Of a DNA stretch of 64,000 nt, positions 28,047 to 38,250 are shown piece by piece (within the stretch, counting starts at the first letter, position 1; each line of letters begins with the position of its first letter). The position numbers and the translations under genes were made by a program. This DNA comes from an uncultured Clostridiaceae bacterium (lineage in GTDB: Bacteria > Bacillota > Clostridia > TANB77 > CAG-508): positions 15,389 to 79,388 of the forward strand of contig CANRSN010000008.1 of assembly GCA_947642455.1 (NCBI GenBank). The letters run 5' to 3'. The notes under the pieces were generated by a model that had not been told where the DNA came from, searched no databases, and saw only the letters and a program-made list of their open reading frames with translations.

Positions 28047-28263
28047 AAAAAAGAGTACAATTTGTTACATTTCACAGATATAATATTCACTTAAGTACTA
28101 TAATATTTATTTTGACAAAGTTTTGCTTAAGGGAAGCTCCTAAAGTGGACACGACCCAGAGCTACCTACGAAGCCAGTAAGAAACTTTGTCAAAATAAAT
28201 ATTATAGTACTTATATGATTCTGATTCTAATCTGTGAAATGTAACAAAATGTACTCTTTTTTT
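28047..28263 (-). repeat. nested-palindrome element P1 (core on the minus strand)
   Basis: Outer arms 28047-28079 / 28230-28263, inner arms 28090-28124 / 28183-28213. They enclose the core 'gggaagctcctaaagtggacacgacccagagctacctacgaagccagtaag'. Confidence 0.85.
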
Positions 28264-28393
28264 ACCGAGAAACTATTGATTTTTAACTAAAAATGTGATA
28301 ACATATATACGTTAAATTACCTTATACTTAGTTTTAGGAGAACACACCACTAAAACTCAGTTTAGGGCATATAAAGAAGTAGGAGGTGTAAAA

Positions 28394-28657
28394 ATGACAA
28401 AAGAGAGAAAACAAGAAATCATTAATACTCATAAAAGAGATGAAAAAGACACTGGTTCACCAGAAGTACAAATAGCTCTTTTAACAGAAAGAATTAATGA
28501 ACTTACAGAACACTTAAAAATTCATAAAAAAGACAATCACTCAAGAAGAGGTTTACTAAAAATGGTAGGAGCAAGAAGAAGTCTATTAAAATATTTAAGT
28601 GAAAAAGATGTTCAAAGATATAGAGATATAGTTGAAAAACTAGGATTAAGAAAATAA
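28394..28657 (+). CDS. rpsO: 30S ribosomal protein S15
   Basis: '[34 protein letters not shown]'. Confidence 0.95.
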   Translation: MTKERKQEIINTHKRDEKDTGSPEVQIALLTERINELTEHLKIHKKDNHSRRGLLKMVGARRSLLKYLSEKDVQRYRDIVEKLGLRK

Positions 28658-28663
28658 AACCAA

Positions 28664-28702
28664 AGGACGTTTTGCGACTAAAAAGTAAAACGTCCTATTT
28701 TT
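28664..28702 (+). terminator. rpsO intrinsic terminator/attenuator
   Basis: aggacgtttt / aaaacgtcct followed by attttt. Confidence 0.7.
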
Positions 28703-28824
28703 AAAAAACAAAAAATAGCAATACATAATTAGTAGGTAGCTTGTACAAAATATTAAAAAGAATAATATTTTGTAGAGGTTACACTAATAAAGTATTGTTA
28801 AAATCAAAAAAAGGAGAATGAATT

Positions 28825-30933
28825 ATGTATAAAACATATGAAACAGAATTAGCAGGAAGAAAATTAACAATAGAAACTGGAAAAATAGCAGGGCTAGCAA
28901 ATGGAAGTGTATTAGTAAGGTATGGAGAAACAGTAGTAATGGTAAACGTTACAGCTGCAAAAGAGCCAAAAGAAGGAATAGACTTTTTCCCACTTTCAGT
29001 AGACTATGAAGAAAAGTTATATGCTGTAGGAAAAATACCAGGAAGTTTTATGAAAAGAGAAGGAAAGCCAGCAGACAAAGCAATATTAACATCAAGAGCA
29101 ATAGACAGACCATTAAGACCATTATTTCCAAAAGACTTTAGAAATGATGTATGTGTTGTAGCAACAGTATTATCTGTAGAGCAAGACAATAGCCCAGAAG
29201 TATGTGCAATGATAGGAGCATCAGCAGCATTATCAATATCAGACATACCATTTGGAGGACCAACAGCAGCAGTAAATGTAGGTTATGTAGACAATGAAAT
29301 AATAATAAATCCAACAGTAGAGCAAAGAGAACAATCAAAACTAACATTAACAGTAGCAGCAACACAGGAAAAAATAACAATGATAGAAGCAGGAGCAGAC
29401 GAAATATCAAATGAAACAATGTTAGAAGCAATAAAGAAGGCACATACTGAAATAAAAAAAATATGTGACTTTATTACAGAAATAAAAAATGAAATAGGAA
29501 AACCAAAATTTGAATATAAATCATTTGCTACAGATCAAGAAGTATATAAAGAAATAGAAACAAACTTTAAAGAAAGAATGCACAAAGATATACAAACTAC
29601 AGACAAAGAAGTTAGAGATGAAAACATAGAAAAAATAACAGAAGATATAATTAACTATTATATAGAAAAATATGGAGAAGAAGAAACAGAAAGCAAAAAG
29701 CAAGACATAGCAGATAGTATACATGACTTAGAGAAAAAATGTGTTAGAGAAATGATATTAACAGAACATAAACGTCCAGATGGAAGAAAATTAGACGAAA
29801 TAAGACCATTATCATGTGAAGTAGGAATACTTCCAAGAGTACATGGAAGTGCAATATTTACAAGAGGTCAAACACAAGTAATGTCAATAGCAACATTAGG
29901 AATGAAAAGTGAAGAGCAAATGTTAGATGGAGTTGATGAAGAAACATCAAAAAGGTATATACATCACTATAACTTCCCATCATATTCAGTAGGGGAAGCA
30001 AGACCATCACGTGGGCCAGGAAGAAGAGAAGTAGGTCATGGAGCATTAGCAGAAAAAGCATTAGTTCCAGTAATTCCATCAGAAGAGGAATTTCCATATA
30101 CAATTAGAGTTGTATCAGAAGTATTATCTTCAAATGGTTCAACATCACAAGCAAGTATATGTGGAAGTACACTTGCACTAATGGATGCAGGAGTTCCTAT
30201 CAAAAAGCCAGTAGCAGGAATATCAACAGGTTTAGTAACAAGCAAAGAAAATCCAAACGAATATGTAATGCTTACAGACATACAAGGAATAGAGGACTTT
30301 TTCGGAGACATGGACTTCAAAGTAGGGGGAACAAAAGATGGAATTACAGCAATACAAGTAGATATCAAAATAGATGGATTAACATATGAAATAATAGAAG
30401 AAGCATTTGCAAGAACAAAAGTTGCAAGAGACTATATATTAGACAATATAATGGCACCTGTAATAAGCAATCCAAGAGAAGAACTTTCAAAATATGCACC
30501 AAGAATTGAAACATTAACAATACCAGTAGATAAAATAAAAGATGTTATAGGTCCAGGCGGAAAAATGATAAACAAAATAATAGATGCAACAGGGGTAAAA
30601 ATCGACATAGAAGAAGATGGACGAGTATGTATTTATTCAGTAGAAGGACAAGATGGACCAAAAGCATTAAAAATGATAGAAGAAATTACAAGAGAAATAG
30701 AAGAAGGAAAAGTATATGATGGTAAAGTCTCAAGAATAGCAACATTTGGAGCATTTGTAGATTTAGGAGCAGGAAAAGAAGGTTTACTTCATATTTCAAA
30801 AATTTCTAGCAAAAGAGTAGAAAATGTTGAAGATGTACTATCAGTAGGTGATGAAGTAACAGTAAAAGTTATAGAAATAGATCATCAAGGAAGAATTAAT
30901 TTAAGTATGAAAGACTTAGAAATACATGAATAA
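28825..30933 (+). CDS. pnp: polyribonucleotide nucleotidyltransferase (PNPase)
   Basis: Two RNase PH domains, a KH domain ('[11 protein letters not shown]') and an S1 domain ('[18 protein letters not shown]'). Confidence 0.95.
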   Translation: MYKTYETELAGRKLTIETGKIAGLANGSVLVRYGETVVMVNVTAAKEPKEGIDFFPLSVDYEEKLYAVGKIPGSFMKREGKPADKAILTSRAIDRPLRPLFPKDFRNDVCVVATVLSVEQDNSPEVCAMIGASAALSISDIPFGGPTAAVNVGYVDNEIIINPTVEQREQSKLTLTVAATQEKITMIEAGADEISNETMLEAIKKAHTEIKKICDFITEIKNEIGKPKFEYKSFATDQEVYKEIETNFKERMHKDIQTTDKEVRDENIEKITEDIINYYIEKYGEEETESKKQDIADSIHDLEKKCVREMILTEHKRPDGRKLDEIRPLSCEVGILPRVHGSAIFTRGQTQVMSIATLGMKSEEQMLDGVDEETSKRYIHHYNFPSYSVGEARPSRGPGRREVGHGALAEKALVPVIPSEEEFPYTIRVVSEVLSSNGSTSQASICGSTLALMDAGVPIKKPVAGISTGLVTSKENPNEYVMLTDIQGIEDFFGDMDFKVGGTKDGITAIQVDIKIDGLTYEIIEEAFARTKVARDYILDNIMAPVISNPREELSKYAPRIETLTIPVDKIKDVIGPGGKMINKIIDATGVKIDIEEDGRVCIYSVEGQDGPKALKMIEEITREIEEGKVYDGKVSRIATFGAFVDLGAGKEGLLHISKISSKRVENVEDVLSVGDEVTVKVIEIDHQGRINLSMKDLEIHE

Positions 30934-31037
30934 TCAGATTTATAAAAAGATAAATATTATATGCTTAAAATATATATTTTTACAATCTGCAGTTGTAACA
31001 AACAAATCTTAAATTTTTATTAATAAGCAAAAAATCG

Positions 31038-31066
31038 TTGAAAAAAAGAGGATAAAATAGTATAAT
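31038..31066 (+). promoter_or_regulatory. promoter TTGAAA-N17-TATAAT
   Basis: ttgaaa-aaaagaggataaaatag-tataat. Confidence 0.5.
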
Positions 31067-31130
31067 GTTTTTAAATCATAAATATAATATTAGTATATAA
31101 TAATTAATACAAATAAATGAGGAGTGAAAA

Positions 31131-32354
31131 ATGGAATATATATATATAATACAACAAGCATTAGTTTGGGTAGTAACAATATTTTGGCTATACCAATTAA
31201 TAGTAAGTATATGTTCTCTAATAAAATTAAAAGATAAACCAATATTAGAAGAAAAAGAAAATAGATTCATGCTAATAATTCCAGCACATAATGAAGCAAC
31301 AGTTGTAAGAAATTTAATAGAAAGTTTAAAAAAACAAAACTACAAAAAAGAATTATATGATATCTATGTTATTGCAGATAACTGTACAGACAATACAGCA
31401 CAAATAGCAAGAGAAGCAGGAGCTATTGTATACGAAAGGTTTGATGAAGCAAGAAAAACAAAAGGTTATGCAATGCAATGGTTTTTAAATCAAAAAATAG
31501 AAGAGGATGCACCATATGACGCATTTTGTGTATTTGATGCAGACAATATAGTAAATGAAAACTTTTTAATAGCAATGAATAAAAAGCTATGCCAAGGTGA
31601 AGATGTAGTACAAGGTTATAGAGACATAAAAAATCCTACAGACAGCTGGGTATCTGCTGGGTATGCAATATTTTATTGGACAATGAACAGATTTTATCAT
31701 TTAGCACGATACAACTTAGGGCTTTCTCCATTAATAAATGGAACAGGTTTTATGGTAAAATTTGATGTAGTAAAACCAGAAGGCTGGAACACAAAAACAC
31801 TTACTGAAGACATAGAATTTTCACTAAAAAGAATAATAGCAGGTAAAAAATTAGGTTGGGCAACAGATGCAATAGTATATGATGAACAACCAGTTGGTTT
31901 TAAGCAATCTTGGTCACAAAGAACAAGATGGACAGTAGGGCATATACAATGTATGAAAGAATATACAGGATTACTTGCTTTAGCTGTAAAAGAAAAGAAA
32001 ACATTAATGAATTTTGATGGTTTACTATATATATTGGGAAGTATACCAATGTTTGTACTAACACTAATATTATTAGCATTAAACTTTGTAATGTATATAA
32101 TAAATGGTAACACTTGGGATTTAGTAATAAATTGCTTAAGGTATTTAATACCAACATTTATGTTACCAATATTAACAGCAATACTAATTATGATATTAGA
32201 CAAAAAGCCAATAAAACCTATGATAAAAGGCTTAATATTTTATCCATTATTCCTAGGCTCTTGGTTACTAATAAACTTTAAATGCTTATTCAAAAGAGAA
32301 ACAAAATGGGAGAAAATTGACCATGTTAGAGATATAAAAATTAATGAAGTATAA
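31131..32354 (+). CDS. family 2 glycosyltransferase, integral membrane (processive synthase-like)
   Basis: 'IIPAHNEA', 'FDADN', 'QRTRW' and multiple C-terminal TM helices. Confidence 0.8.
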   Translation: MEYIYIIQQALVWVVTIFWLYQLIVSICSLIKLKDKPILEEKENRFMLIIPAHNEATVVRNLIESLKKQNYKKELYDIYVIADNCTDNTAQIAREAGAIVYERFDEARKTKGYAMQWFLNQKIEEDAPYDAFCVFDADNIVNENFLIAMNKKLCQGEDVVQGYRDIKNPTDSWVSAGYAIFYWTMNRFYHLARYNLGLSPLINGTGFMVKFDVVKPEGWNTKTLTEDIEFSLKRIIAGKKLGWATDAIVYDEQPVGFKQSWSQRTRWTVGHIQCMKEYTGLLALAVKEKKTLMNFDGLLYILGSIPMFVLTLILLALNFVMYIINGNTWDLVINCLRYLIPTFMLPILTAILIMILDKKPIKPMIKGLIFYPLFLGSWLLINFKCLFKRETKWEKIDHVRDIKINEV

Positions 32355-32364
32355 AATGAACTAT

Positions 32365-32402
32365 AAAACGAACAGAGGGAGAACCTTGCTGTTCGTTTTT
32401 TT
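32365..32402 (+). terminator. intrinsic terminator
   Basis: aaaacgaacag / ctgttcgtttt followed by a T-run. Confidence 0.7.
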
Positions 32403-32562
32403 ATTGTCTAACTTTTGGGTAACAGTTCATCAAATGCTCCCAAAAAATTTGCCAGAATGCAAACATTATGTTAATACTAATGGCTGGAGGGGAAATTTGT
32501 GGAATTTGTCAATAGATCTGATCTTGTCAATACTAAGTGTTAAGGCAACCGTGGTGTGGAAA

Positions 32563-35013
32563 TCAAGAGCCTATTTCCACCACAGTTACACCCATTTCGC
32601 CTTCGCCAAAAGTGCCAAGGCGAAAACTTTTAACATGAGGGTGTTTCTTCAAAAAAGAATGAATACCTTCACGGAGTTTTCCAGTACCTTTTCCATGAAC
32701 TATGCGAACAGGAGATAGTTTAGCAATATAGCAATCGTCTAAATATTTATCAATAACGAAAATAGCTTCATCAACATTTTGACCAATAACATTAATTTCA
32801 GGAAGTACATTTTTAGCCTTAGAAAAACTATTATAATTTGATTTAGTATGTACATTTTTAGTAGTTGTATTGGAAGATGCTATACTTTTAATATCACTAA
32901 TTTTTATATTAAGTCTAGTACTACCAACTTGAACTTGTAAAGAATTACTTTTTCCAGATAGAGAATATATAGTAGCAGGTTCACTAATAGTTTTCAAATA
33001 TACAGTCATACCAACTTTTAAAATATCTTTAGTAATTAAAGAAGATTGATTTTGAGAATTCTCTTCTTTAATATTAGTAGCAGACAATGATTCATTCAAT
33101 TTATTTCGTAATTTATTAGCTTTAGTAAGTGAGCCAATAGAAAAATTTTGTCTTATAATATTTGCAATTTCAGAATCATTAAGTTTATTAATGTCAAGTT
33201 TATCTAAAAACTTAAACTTATTATAAATAGTATTTAATTCCTTAATAGTATAATTAGCTTCTTGCTTTGCAGAAAGTATTATTTTTTGAGCCTCAATTTT
33301 TGCATTTTCTGATAATTGTTTTTGTTTTTCTTCAAGATTATATGTCTTTTTTTCTAAAGATTTTCTTAATAATTCAATCTGATTAGAATTTTTTTGTATT
33401 TCTTCTTTTTCTTTTTCAATTTCGATTTTATCATCATAAATATTTTTAATAAGTTCTTCAATACTTAAATCATCATTATTTAGCAATTCTTTAGCTCTAT
33501 TCAAAATATTATCAGAAAGTCCTAGTTTTTTACTAATTTCAAAAGCATTACTTTTTCCAGGGATACCGATTAATAGCTTGTATGTTGGTTTTAAGTGTTC
33601 AATATCAAATTCAGAACTTGCATTTTCAAAACCATTAGTAATAAGAGCATATTTTTTAATTTCTTGATAATGAGTAGTAGCCAAAGTAATACAGCCCAAA
33701 TTATTAAAATATTCTAAAATACTAATAGCAAGATTTGCACCTTCTAAAGGGTCTGTTCCAGAACCAAGTTCATCTAGTAGAATAAGACTATTTTGTGTGG
33801 CATTTTGTAATATATTGACGATATTTGTCATATGTGAAGAAAATGTGCTTAAAGATTCTTGAATACTTTGTTCATCTCCAATATCTGCATAAATATAATC
33901 AAATACATATATACTAGACTGATCATTAGCAGGAACAAAAAGCCCACAATAAGCCATTAAGCAAAGTAAGCCACATGTTTTTAAAGTTACAGTTTTTCCA
34001 CCAGTATTAGGTCCTGTAATAATTAAAGATGTATAATTTGAGCCAATTTCAATATCAATAGGAACCACAGAATTTTTATTAATTAAAGGATGACGAGCTT
34101 TAATTAAATTAATTTGCTGGTGGTTATTTATTTTAGGACATATTCCTTCAATTTGCTTAGAAAAAGAGGCTTTAGCAAATATAAAATCTAAAGAACCTAT
34201 TACATTCACATTTGAAGAGAGTTCATTAGTATAATCAAATAATAAACAAGACAAATTTTTTAAAATTTGCTCTATTTCAAGAGATTCTTCAATTTTTAGA
34301 TTATTAATTTTATTATTTATTTCAAATACTGCCATAGGTTCTATAAATACAGTAGAACCACTAGAAGACATATCATGAATAAAGCCTTTTATATTACCTC
34401 TATATTCTTCTTTTATAGGTATAACATATCTATCATTTCTAATAGTGATAATAGGTTCCATTATGTATTTTGAATATGTATGTAACATATTTCCTAAAAT
34501 ATTTTTGATATCGGCTTCTAAATTTCTTCTATTTCTACGAAGATTTAAAAGTTTTGAAGAAGCATCATCTGAAATGTTGTCTTCATCTATAATACTAGAA
34601 AATATTTTATTTTCTATGTTTGGGTTTGTATATAATTGAGAAAAATATGTATCCAAAATTTGAAATTGTGATAAATCAAATTCTGTATCTTTGTATAGAT
34701 ATTCTTTTAGTTCTCTACATAGTTTTAGAATTTTTGCTATGTCCAATAATGATTTAGTAGTAAGAGAATTATGGCTTATAAGAGTTTTTGTAGCTATAGA
34801 TATGTCAGAAATTTCATGTAAAGGTGGTACAGATTTTCTAAAACATAAATCTGTTGCTTCAAGTGTTTCATTTAATAGTTTTTGAACTTCGTTTTTATTA
34901 AAAGTAGGTACTAAATTTTCTGCTTTTTCTTTTCCTATATATGTTTTACAATGTGTAGAAAGCATTGTTTTTATTTCATTAAATTCTAATTTTTTTAAGT
35001 AATCTTCTGTCAT
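32563..35013 (-). CDS. mutS2: endonuclease MutS2
   Basis: Walker A 'GPNTGGKT', and a C-terminal Smr domain 'VRIVHGKGTGKLR'. The start was chosen at the second ATG ('MTEDYLKK'), which is preceded by ggaaggg. Confidence 0.9.
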   Translation of the reverse strand: MTEDYLKKLEFNEIKTMLSTHCKTYIGKEKAENLVPTFNKNEVQKLLNETLEATDLCFRKSVPPLHEISDISIATKTLISHNSLTTKSLLDIAKILKLCRELKEYLYKDTEFDLSQFQILDTYFSQLYTNPNIENKIFSSIIDEDNISDDASSKLLNLRRNRRNLEADIKNILGNMLHTYSKYIMEPIITIRNDRYVIPIKEEYRGNIKGFIHDMSSSGSTVFIEPMAVFEINNKINNLKIEESLEIEQILKNLSCLLFDYTNELSSNVNVIGSLDFIFAKASFSKQIEGICPKINNHQQINLIKARHPLINKNSVVPIDIEIGSNYTSLIITGPNTGGKTVTLKTCGLLCLMAYCGLFVPANDQSSIYVFDYIYADIGDEQSIQESLSTFSSHMTNIVNILQNATQNSLILLDELGSGTDPLEGANLAISILEYFNNLGCITLATTHYQEIKKYALITNGFENASSEFDIEHLKPTYKLLIGIPGKSNAFEISKKLGLSDNILNRAKELLNNDDLSIEELIKNIYDDKIEIEKEKEEIQKNSNQIELLRKSLEKKTYNLEEKQKQLSENAKIEAQKIILSAKQEANYTIKELNTIYNKFKFLDKLDINKLNDSEIANIIRQNFSIGSLTKANKLRNKLNESLSATNIKEENSQNQSSLITKDILKVGMTVYLKTISEPATIYSLSGKSNSLQVQVGSTRLNIKISDIKSIASSNTTTKNVHTKSNYNSFSKAKNVLPEINVIGQNVDEAIFVIDKYLDDCYIAKLSPVRIVHGKGTGKLREGIHSFLKKHPHVKSFRLGTFGEGEMGVTVVEIGS

Positions 35014-35169
35014 TTTTAAATTCCCTTCCAACTAACATTTTTCAAAATTTTTTATAGTTAGTTTTTCATTATAATTTTTCATAAGGTGGAGGAGGTTGAT
35101 ATGGGTTTTCTTTTATGATAATATACATAAAAGCGTACGTCAATACTATCTTATATTTATTATATATTT

Positions 35170-35232
35170 TTTTTAGAATAAATATTATATTGCCTAAAAT
35201 ATATAATTTTACAAACTGTGAATTGTAAAGAA
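35170..35232. repeat. fragment of the P-element arm
   Basis: 'ataaatattatattgcctaaaatatataattttacaaactgtgaattgt' matches the reverse complement of the P4 left arm (63789-63834). Confidence 0.55.
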
Positions 35233-35274
35233 TAAAACTTCGTCAAGTAAAAAGTTAAAAATTTAATAAATATA

Positions 35275-35303
35275 TTGACAAATAGTATCAAATATAGTAT
35301 CAT
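35275..35303 (+). promoter_or_regulatory. promoter TTGACA-N17-TATCAT for hicAB
   Basis: ttgaca-aatagtatcaaatatag-tatcat. Confidence 0.5.
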
Positions 35304-35379
35304 AATAATAGACGATGCATTCGTACTTGTGAGGGTATTTTGTGATGGAAGATACAACAAACAAAAGGAGGAATGTAAG

Positions 35380-35608
35380 ATGTCAGACATCAACAAGTTG
35401 ATACTAAAGATGAAAAGACAGCCAAACGGAATAAGATTTCAGGAATTGGCTAAAGTATTAGAATACAACGGATATACAATGAAATCAAAAAAATGGAACA
35501 TCACATCGAAATTTCATAAATGAAAAAGGAGATGTAATAACAATAAAGGAAGATAATCCATTGAAAGCTGTTTATGTGAAAGATGTACTTAGAAGAATAG
35601 GCGAATAA
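35380..35608 (+). pseudogene. hicA: HicA mRNA-interferase toxin, frameshifted in the A7 run 35487-35493
   Basis: 'MSDINKLILKMKRQPNGIRFQELAKVLEYNGYTMKSKK', then in the other frame 'GTSHRNFINEKGDVITIKEDNPLKAVYVKDVLRRIGE'. Confidence 0.8.
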
Positions 35609-35668
35609 AAGTCTATTCTTTAGAGTATACTTATTATACAAATAAAAGGAGTTAAGGAGGTGCCTTTT

Positions 35669-36016
35669 ATGAAAAGTATTAAAGAATATATGGAATTACC
35701 ATATAATTATATTATTCAACCAGTTAATGATGAAAGTGGTTTTTATTTTTATGCTCGTGTTTTAGAATTAGATGGGTGTCAAAGTACAGGAGATACGTTT
35801 GAAGAAGCATATGAAAATTTAAGAGAAGCAATGGAAGGTTGGATAGAAACGAAAATAGAAAATGGTTTTGAAGTACCTTTACCAGTAGGATATGATGATT
35901 TTAGTGGTAAATTTATAGTAAGAATACCAAAATCATTACATTATAGATTAACAGTAGAAGCAGAACAAGAAGGAGTATCACTAAATCAATATGCATTATA
36001 CAAATTGAGTAAATAG
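35669..36016 (+). CDS. hicB: HicB antitoxin
   Basis: 'ARVLELDGCQSTGDTFEEAYENLREAMEGWIE', plus a C-terminal RHH-like 'IPKSLHYRLTVEAEQEGVSLNQY'. Confidence 0.85.
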   Translation: MKSIKEYMELPYNYIIQPVNDESGFYFYARVLELDGCQSTGDTFEEAYENLREAMEGWIETKIENGFEVPLPVGYDDFSGKFIVRIPKSLHYRLTVEAEQEGVSLNQYALYKLSK

Positions 36017-36355
36017 CTTTCACATAAACCAAAAAATATAGATAGAGTTTATCAGAAATGGTAGGCTCTTTTATTATTGGTATTAATAATACTAGATAAA
36101 TTAATATATAAAGTACACTTACATAAAACTTCCTTTTATACATGTATTAGAAACAAAGACAATTCTAGTTAAGTCTTTATAAATTGTATGTAGTGATATA
36201 TAAAACATAGCAATGGAAGCATAAGGTTGTGATACTAATTCCGACACAGGGAAGAAATATATATATTCCCAAAAACAGTAAAACCTGACCAGTCAGACTA
36301 ATAGAAAAAAGCAGCAAAAAGTTATATAAATATAAAAAAGAAAAAAGAGGTACAA

Positions 36356-37282
36356 ATGGAAAATATAGAAATAGTATCAACGGGAAAATATTTACCCAAA
36401 ATAGAGGTATTAAATAAAGAATTAGCACAAAAATATAGTGTAACAGAAGAATATATAGAAAAGAGAACAGGAATAAAAAAGAGGTATTTTGTAAAAGAAG
36501 AGAGCTTAATACAAGTAGCAGTAAAAGCAGCAAAAGATGCATTAAAAAATAATATAAAAAGTGAAGAAATAGAACTTATAATAGTAGCAACAACAACAAC
36601 ACAAAATCTAATGCCGGGGATATCAAATTTAATACAAAAAGAATTAAAAATAGAAAAATGTATATGTTTAGATATTTTAGCAGGTTGCAGTGGGTATATA
36701 AATGCGTTTGATATAGCAAGGAATTATATAGCAATAGGAAAAATAAAAGCAGCTATGGTGATAGGTGTAGACATATTATCAGAATATGTAAATAAAGAAG
36801 ATGTAGGAACAGCAATAATATTATCAGATGGAGCAGGTGCAACAATAATACAAAAAAATGATAAAGAAAAGAAATATGAAAGTAATATAAAAAGTGATGG
36901 AGAAAACTCAGAAATATTAACTTGCAAAACAGATGAAAAAATATATATGGATGGAAAAGCAATATATAAATATGCAGTTACTGAAACTGTAAAAAATGTA
37001 ATAGAGTTGTTAGAAAATTCAAAAGAAAGTTTAGAAAATATAAAATATATAGTGCCACATCAATCAAATATAAAAATAATAAATTCAATAGCAACAAGGT
37101 TAGGAATAAAAAAAGAGAAAATGTACACAAATCTTCAAAATGTAGGAAATACTTTTTGTGCTAGTATACCAATAGTTTTATCTGAAATGTTTGAGAAAAA
37201 TGAATTAACAAGAGGAGACAAAATTGTTTTATTAGGATATGGAGGAGGGCTAAATACAGGAAGTATATTAATTGAAATATAA
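36356..37282 (+). CDS. fabH: 3-oxoacyl-ACP synthase III
   Basis: Active-site 'LAGCSGY', 'VPHQSN' and 'GNTFCASIP'. Confidence 0.9.
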   Translation: MENIEIVSTGKYLPKIEVLNKELAQKYSVTEEYIEKRTGIKKRYFVKEESLIQVAVKAAKDALKNNIKSEEIELIIVATTTTQNLMPGISNLIQKELKIEKCICLDILAGCSGYINAFDIARNYIAIGKIKAAMVIGVDILSEYVNKEDVGTAIILSDGAGATIIQKNDKEKKYESNIKSDGENSEILTCKTDEKIYMDGKAIYKYAVTETVKNVIELLENSKESLENIKYIVPHQSNIKIINSIATRLGIKKEKMYTNLQNVGNTFCASIPIVLSEMFEKNELTRGDKIVLLGYGGGLNTGSILIEI

Positions 37283-37305
37283 AATGAGAAAGGAATGATA
37301 GCAAA

Positions 37306-38202
37306 ATGAAAACTGCATTTTTATTTCCAGGTCAAGGAGTTCAAGTAGCTGGAATGGGAAAAGAGATATTTGATAAATATGAAGAAGTAAGAGACGTTTT
37401 TAAAAAAGCCTCTGAAATAGCACAAATGGATATAGAAAAAATATGCTTTGAAGGTGAAGGGATAAATGAAACACAAAATACGCAAATTGCTATAGCAACT
37501 ACAAGTTTAGCAATGCTTGAAGTGCTAAAAAATAAAGGAATACAAGCAGATATGGCAGTAGGGTTAAGTCTTGGGGAATACCCAGCATTAATATATGGAG
37601 GATATTTAAGTTTTGAAGATGGAATAAGACTTTTGAAAAAAAGAGGATATTATATGGGAAATTATATTCCAAAAGAGGATTATTCAATGGCAGCAGTTAT
37701 AGGGTTAGATAATAATGTTATAGAAAAAGTTTGTGATGATATTAGAAAAAGTGGCAAATTTGTAGTACCTGCTAATTATAATTATTCAGCTCAAACTGCT
37801 ATATCAGGAAATACAGATGCAATAGAAGAAGCAATGGAAAGATTAAAAGAAAAGGGAGCTAAAAAAGTAATAAAACTAAATACAAGTGGTCCTTTTCATA
37901 CAGAAAAATTAAGTATGGCAAAAGAAATGTATGAAAGAGAATTAGAACAAGTAAATTTTAAAATGGGAAGAGTACCTGTAATTAAAAATATAGATGGAAA
38001 TTTATATACAGAGAAAGACAATATAAAAGAAATTCTAGCAAAACATATAGTAAGTCCTGTAAGATTTGATAGAGCTATAAAATTAATGTTTGATAACAAA
38101 ATAGATAATTTTATAGAAGTAGGACCAGGGAAAGTTTTAACAGGGTTTGTAAAAAAAGAGAATAAAGAAGCAAATGTATGTAATGCAAGTGAATTATTAT
38201 AA
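37306..38202 (+). CDS. fabD: malonyl-CoA:ACP transacylase
   Basis: 'FLFPGQGVQ' and 'GLSLGEY'. Confidence 0.9.
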   Translation: MKTAFLFPGQGVQVAGMGKEIFDKYEEVRDVFKKASEIAQMDIEKICFEGEGINETQNTQIAIATTSLAMLEVLKNKGIQADMAVGLSLGEYPALIYGGYLSFEDGIRLLKKRGYYMGNYIPKEDYSMAAVIGLDNNVIEKVCDDIRKSGKFVVPANYNYSAQTAISGNTDAIEEAMERLKEKGAKKVIKLNTSGPFHTEKLSMAKEMYERELEQVNFKMGRVPVIKNIDGNLYTEKDNIKEILAKHIVSPVRFDRAIKLMFDNKIDNFIEVGPGKVLTGFVKKENKEANVCNASELL

Positions 38203-38250
38203 ATGAATTTGTTCACCAGTGTTAATTTATAAGAAGGGAATGGTATAAAA

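Noticed and set aside
28310-28393. S15 autoregulatory leader upstream of rpsO
   Set aside because: A hairpin agttttag...ctaaaact exists. I cannot verify it against the Firmicutes rpsO-leader model without a covariance search, so it is not reported as a feature.
29138-29443. Antisense ORFs rich in L/F/I inside pnp. Similar ones lie at 20564-21061, 25969-26517, 27080-28090, 31697-32203, 36177-36542, 37896-38342, 44956-45333, 49595-50170 and 61307-61949.
   Set aside because: They lie opposite well-supported conserved genes. Their composition (Leu/Phe/Ile/Ser runs) is what the reverse strand of AT-rich K/E/N-rich coding sequence yields. No RBS or motif is present.
32403-32562. Two TTGACA boxes on the minus strand downstream of mutS2, considered as a possible sRNA promoter
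   Set aside because: No acceptable -10 hexamer lies 16-18 nt from either box. The region is bounded by convergent terminators, so the evidence is insufficient.
32344-32718. 124-aa plus-strand ORF after the glycosyltransferase gene
   Set aside because: It runs through a strong terminator (32365-32402) and overlaps the conserved Smr C-terminus of mutS2 on the other strand, so it is most likely spurious.
3759-35608. Alternative genetic code or stop-codon recoding as an explanation for the split genes
   Set aside because: In every case the conserved protein sequence resumes in a different reading frame rather than after an in-frame stop. All other genes translate normally with the standard bacterial code.
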